In this document: piece by piece, positions 28,188-29,500 of the stretch
How the letters are laid out: each line of letters starts with the position of its first letter
How positions within the stretch are numbered: position 1 is the stretch's first letter
Assembly: GCA_043800235.1 (NCBI GenBank)
Contig: JAZDNE010000080.1
Span: 1 to 29,500 of the forward strand
Origin: a bacterium
GTDB taxonomy: Bacteria > Patescibacteriota > Patescibacteriia > JAZDEU01
Length of the DNA stretch: 29,500 nt
Reading direction: 5' to 3'
Position numbers and translations under genes: made by a program
Notes under the pieces: model-generated
What the model was told of the DNA's origin: nothing
Databases searched by the model: none
What the model saw: only the letters and a program-made list of their open reading frames with translations

Positions 28188-28595
28188 CTACCTGCCTGCG
28201 CAGACAGAATACAATCTATTTTTTACTTGACATATAATGTTAAATAAAAATATTAGCACGCAATAAATTTTAAAACCAAAACTTTTCTGATAAGGGAAAA
28301 CTATATTCTTTTTCATATTGATAAGATATAGCTCTCCATTCATTTCTACTTTACTAAAACGCCCCTTACTTTCAAGAAATTTTATATCCATTTTTTTTTC
28401 TGTTTCAATTACTTTAATTTCTTTATTCTTTATTATTCCAAACCAACTTTTACCAAACAATCCTACGGAAAAAATAATAATCCCTTCTTTCAAACGAATT
28501 GTTGTTATTTCATATTCCCTTATAGGAATAAGAAAATTTCCGCAAGCCTTTCTAATTGATTCCAAAATATCACTTTTCTTGTCTTTCTTAATCAT
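28188..28595 (-). CDS. Hypothetical protein
   Basis: ATG 28595 is preceded by SD-like GAGGAGGGGG; no recognisable motif; the C-terminus runs into a repeat. Confidence 0.45.
   Translation of the reverse strand: MIKKDKKSDILESIRKACGNFLIPIREYEITTIRLKEGIIIFSVGLFGKSWFGIIKNKEIKVIETEKKMDIKFLESKGRFSKVEMNGELYLINMKKNIVFPYQKSFGFKIYCVLIFLFNIICQVKNRLYSVCAGR
28191..28207. repeat. Decayed CCTGCCTGC..GCAGGCAGG-type palindrome
   Basis: CCTGCCTGCGCAGACAG. Confidence 0.5.
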
Positions 28596-28686
28596 ATCCC
28601 CCTCCTCATTATAAAAAAAGAACAAAATACCACTACTCAATACTCTATTTTTATTGTATCTATTATTTTTAAACAAGTCAACATAA

Positions 28687-28821
28687 AGTGGACAAATTGT
28701 GGATAACCTTTAAAACTTATCTATATCCCCTATAATTTTTTATCCACAGCCAAATATTGTCCGATAAACATCAATAAAATTCCGTTAAAATAAGCCTAAA
28801 ATTAAAAGATAATTATCCACA
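28687..28821. promoter_or_regulatory. DnaA-box cluster (candidate oriC or DnaA-binding locus)
   Basis: Perfect boxes TGTGGATAA 28698-28706, TTATCCACA 28740-28748 and 28813-28821; two 2-mismatch boxes at 28687 and 28717; AT-rich tract follows. Confidence 0.7.
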
Positions 28822-29083
28822 TACGAATAATTGACCATAATCAAAAAAAATGATATACTACTAACATAATCAATGTTCTTTCTGAAAAAAAATTCTTGAC
28901 TATTTTTAAAAAATTTAGAAAAATAAACATAAGAAAGGTATAAAAAATAAATTTATTAAAACTAAATTTATAAAATACCAAAAAATAGTTAAGAAAAAAA
29001 GTCCTAAAAAAACTTGAAAACAAACTCTTCATAAGTCTATATAAAAATATATTAGGCTTATGAGGTGAGTTCAAGTTTACAAT

Positions 29084-29150
29084 GGACGCCGAACACGGCC
29101 TATAAAATTTATATTATTTATATAATAAAAGAGGCGCCAGTACGGCGTCC
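29084..29150. repeat. Inverted REP-like doublet with AT-rich spacer
   Basis: GGACGCCGAACACGGCC .. GAGGCGCCAGTACGGCGTCC; GGACGCCG/CGGCGTCC pair perfectly. Confidence 0.7.
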
Positions 29151-29159
29151 TTTTAATTA

Positions 29160-29338
29160 TGGACATCGCACTATGAAAGCGCGCTTAACAACTAAGAAAA
29201 ATTGATGAGTAACGAAGTTTTGCAAGTTTTAGGAAAACCGCAGATGTATCAGCAGATACGAAGAATATTTTCCTAAAATTAAAAACAAGCTAATCGCAAT
29301 TTTTATAGTTTATGGAGCGCGAAGTCATAGTGTGTCTA
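29160..29338. mobile_element. Family C 179-bp foldback element with TA flanks
   Basis: Nested stems CACTATGA/TCATAGTG, AAAAATTG/CAATTTTT, TTTTAGGAAAA/TTTTCCTAAAA, GTATC/GATAC; TA at 29158-29159 and 29339-29340. Confidence 0.7.
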
Positions 29339-29355
29339 TAGCCAATCATTTTTTA

Positions 29356-29500
29356 CGGGACTGTCGCCGAATGCTCCTTTAGTCATAAATTTCCAGATTT
29401 CGAGGCATAATTTTTCAAACAAATTTTGCGGTTTAGCCTAAGCTAAGCCAATAAATTTTTTGGAAAATTTGACCGAAATATGGGAATTTAGGACAAAGAG
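29356..29500 (+). mobile_element. Foldback MITE-like element, family A, copy 4 (cut by window end)
   Basis: TTA|CGGGACTGTCGCCGAATGCTCCTTTAG..; near-identical to copy 1. Confidence 0.88.

Noticed and set aside
28218-28245. XerD-like arm TAATGTTAAAT
   Set aside because: No matching XerC arm ending in TAA 6 bp upstream.
28841-29074. 77-aa Phe-rich ORF
   Set aside because: Low-complexity read-through of the A-rich tract; probably non-coding.
29062-29082. T-arm-like GTGAGTTCAAGTTTAC
   Set aside because: No D arm, anticodon arm or acceptor stem around it.
29161-29340. Group I intron R/S-like motifs (CACTATGA, AAGTCATAGTG)
   Set aside because: Pairings are simply nested with no P3/P7 pseudoknot or P4-P6 domain, and there is no host gene.

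Overview
AT-rich bacterial chromosomal window that is probably Patescibacteria/CPR (Parcubacteria-like). This is inferred from the tandem CPR-type pilins and a secreted protein with duplicated G.[AL][WY]Y[VI].P...K.Y motifs. Gene content: an ECF sigma/anti-sigma/MacAB-like ABC exporter operon, IscU- and NifU-type Fe-S scaffolds, mutS-mutL-dciA, efp, an orphan hypD, fpg, two pilins, epmA, ychF, an HhH-GPD glycosylase, gyrB, rodA, a head-to-head Trm9-like methyltransferase/Elp3 pair, and a DnaA-box cluster. Three things stand out. (1) The Elp3 + Trm9/ALKBH8-like pair suggests a eukaryote/archaea-type mcm5U34 tRNA wobble pathway in a bacterium. (2) The window is dense in non-autonomous palindromic elements: a 166-bp foldback family (4 copies, TTA/TAA flanks), a second family with the same terminal inverted repeats (TIRs) but different cargo, TIR half-ends on both sides of mutL, and a TA-flanked foldback family. 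(3) REP-like palindromes sit in frame inside several conserved proteins. Codon-ending asymmetry also appears to flip near 12.6-12.8 kb. No transposase, tRNA, rRNA or CRISPR array was found. Gene calls come from recognised motifs only; no database searches were run.
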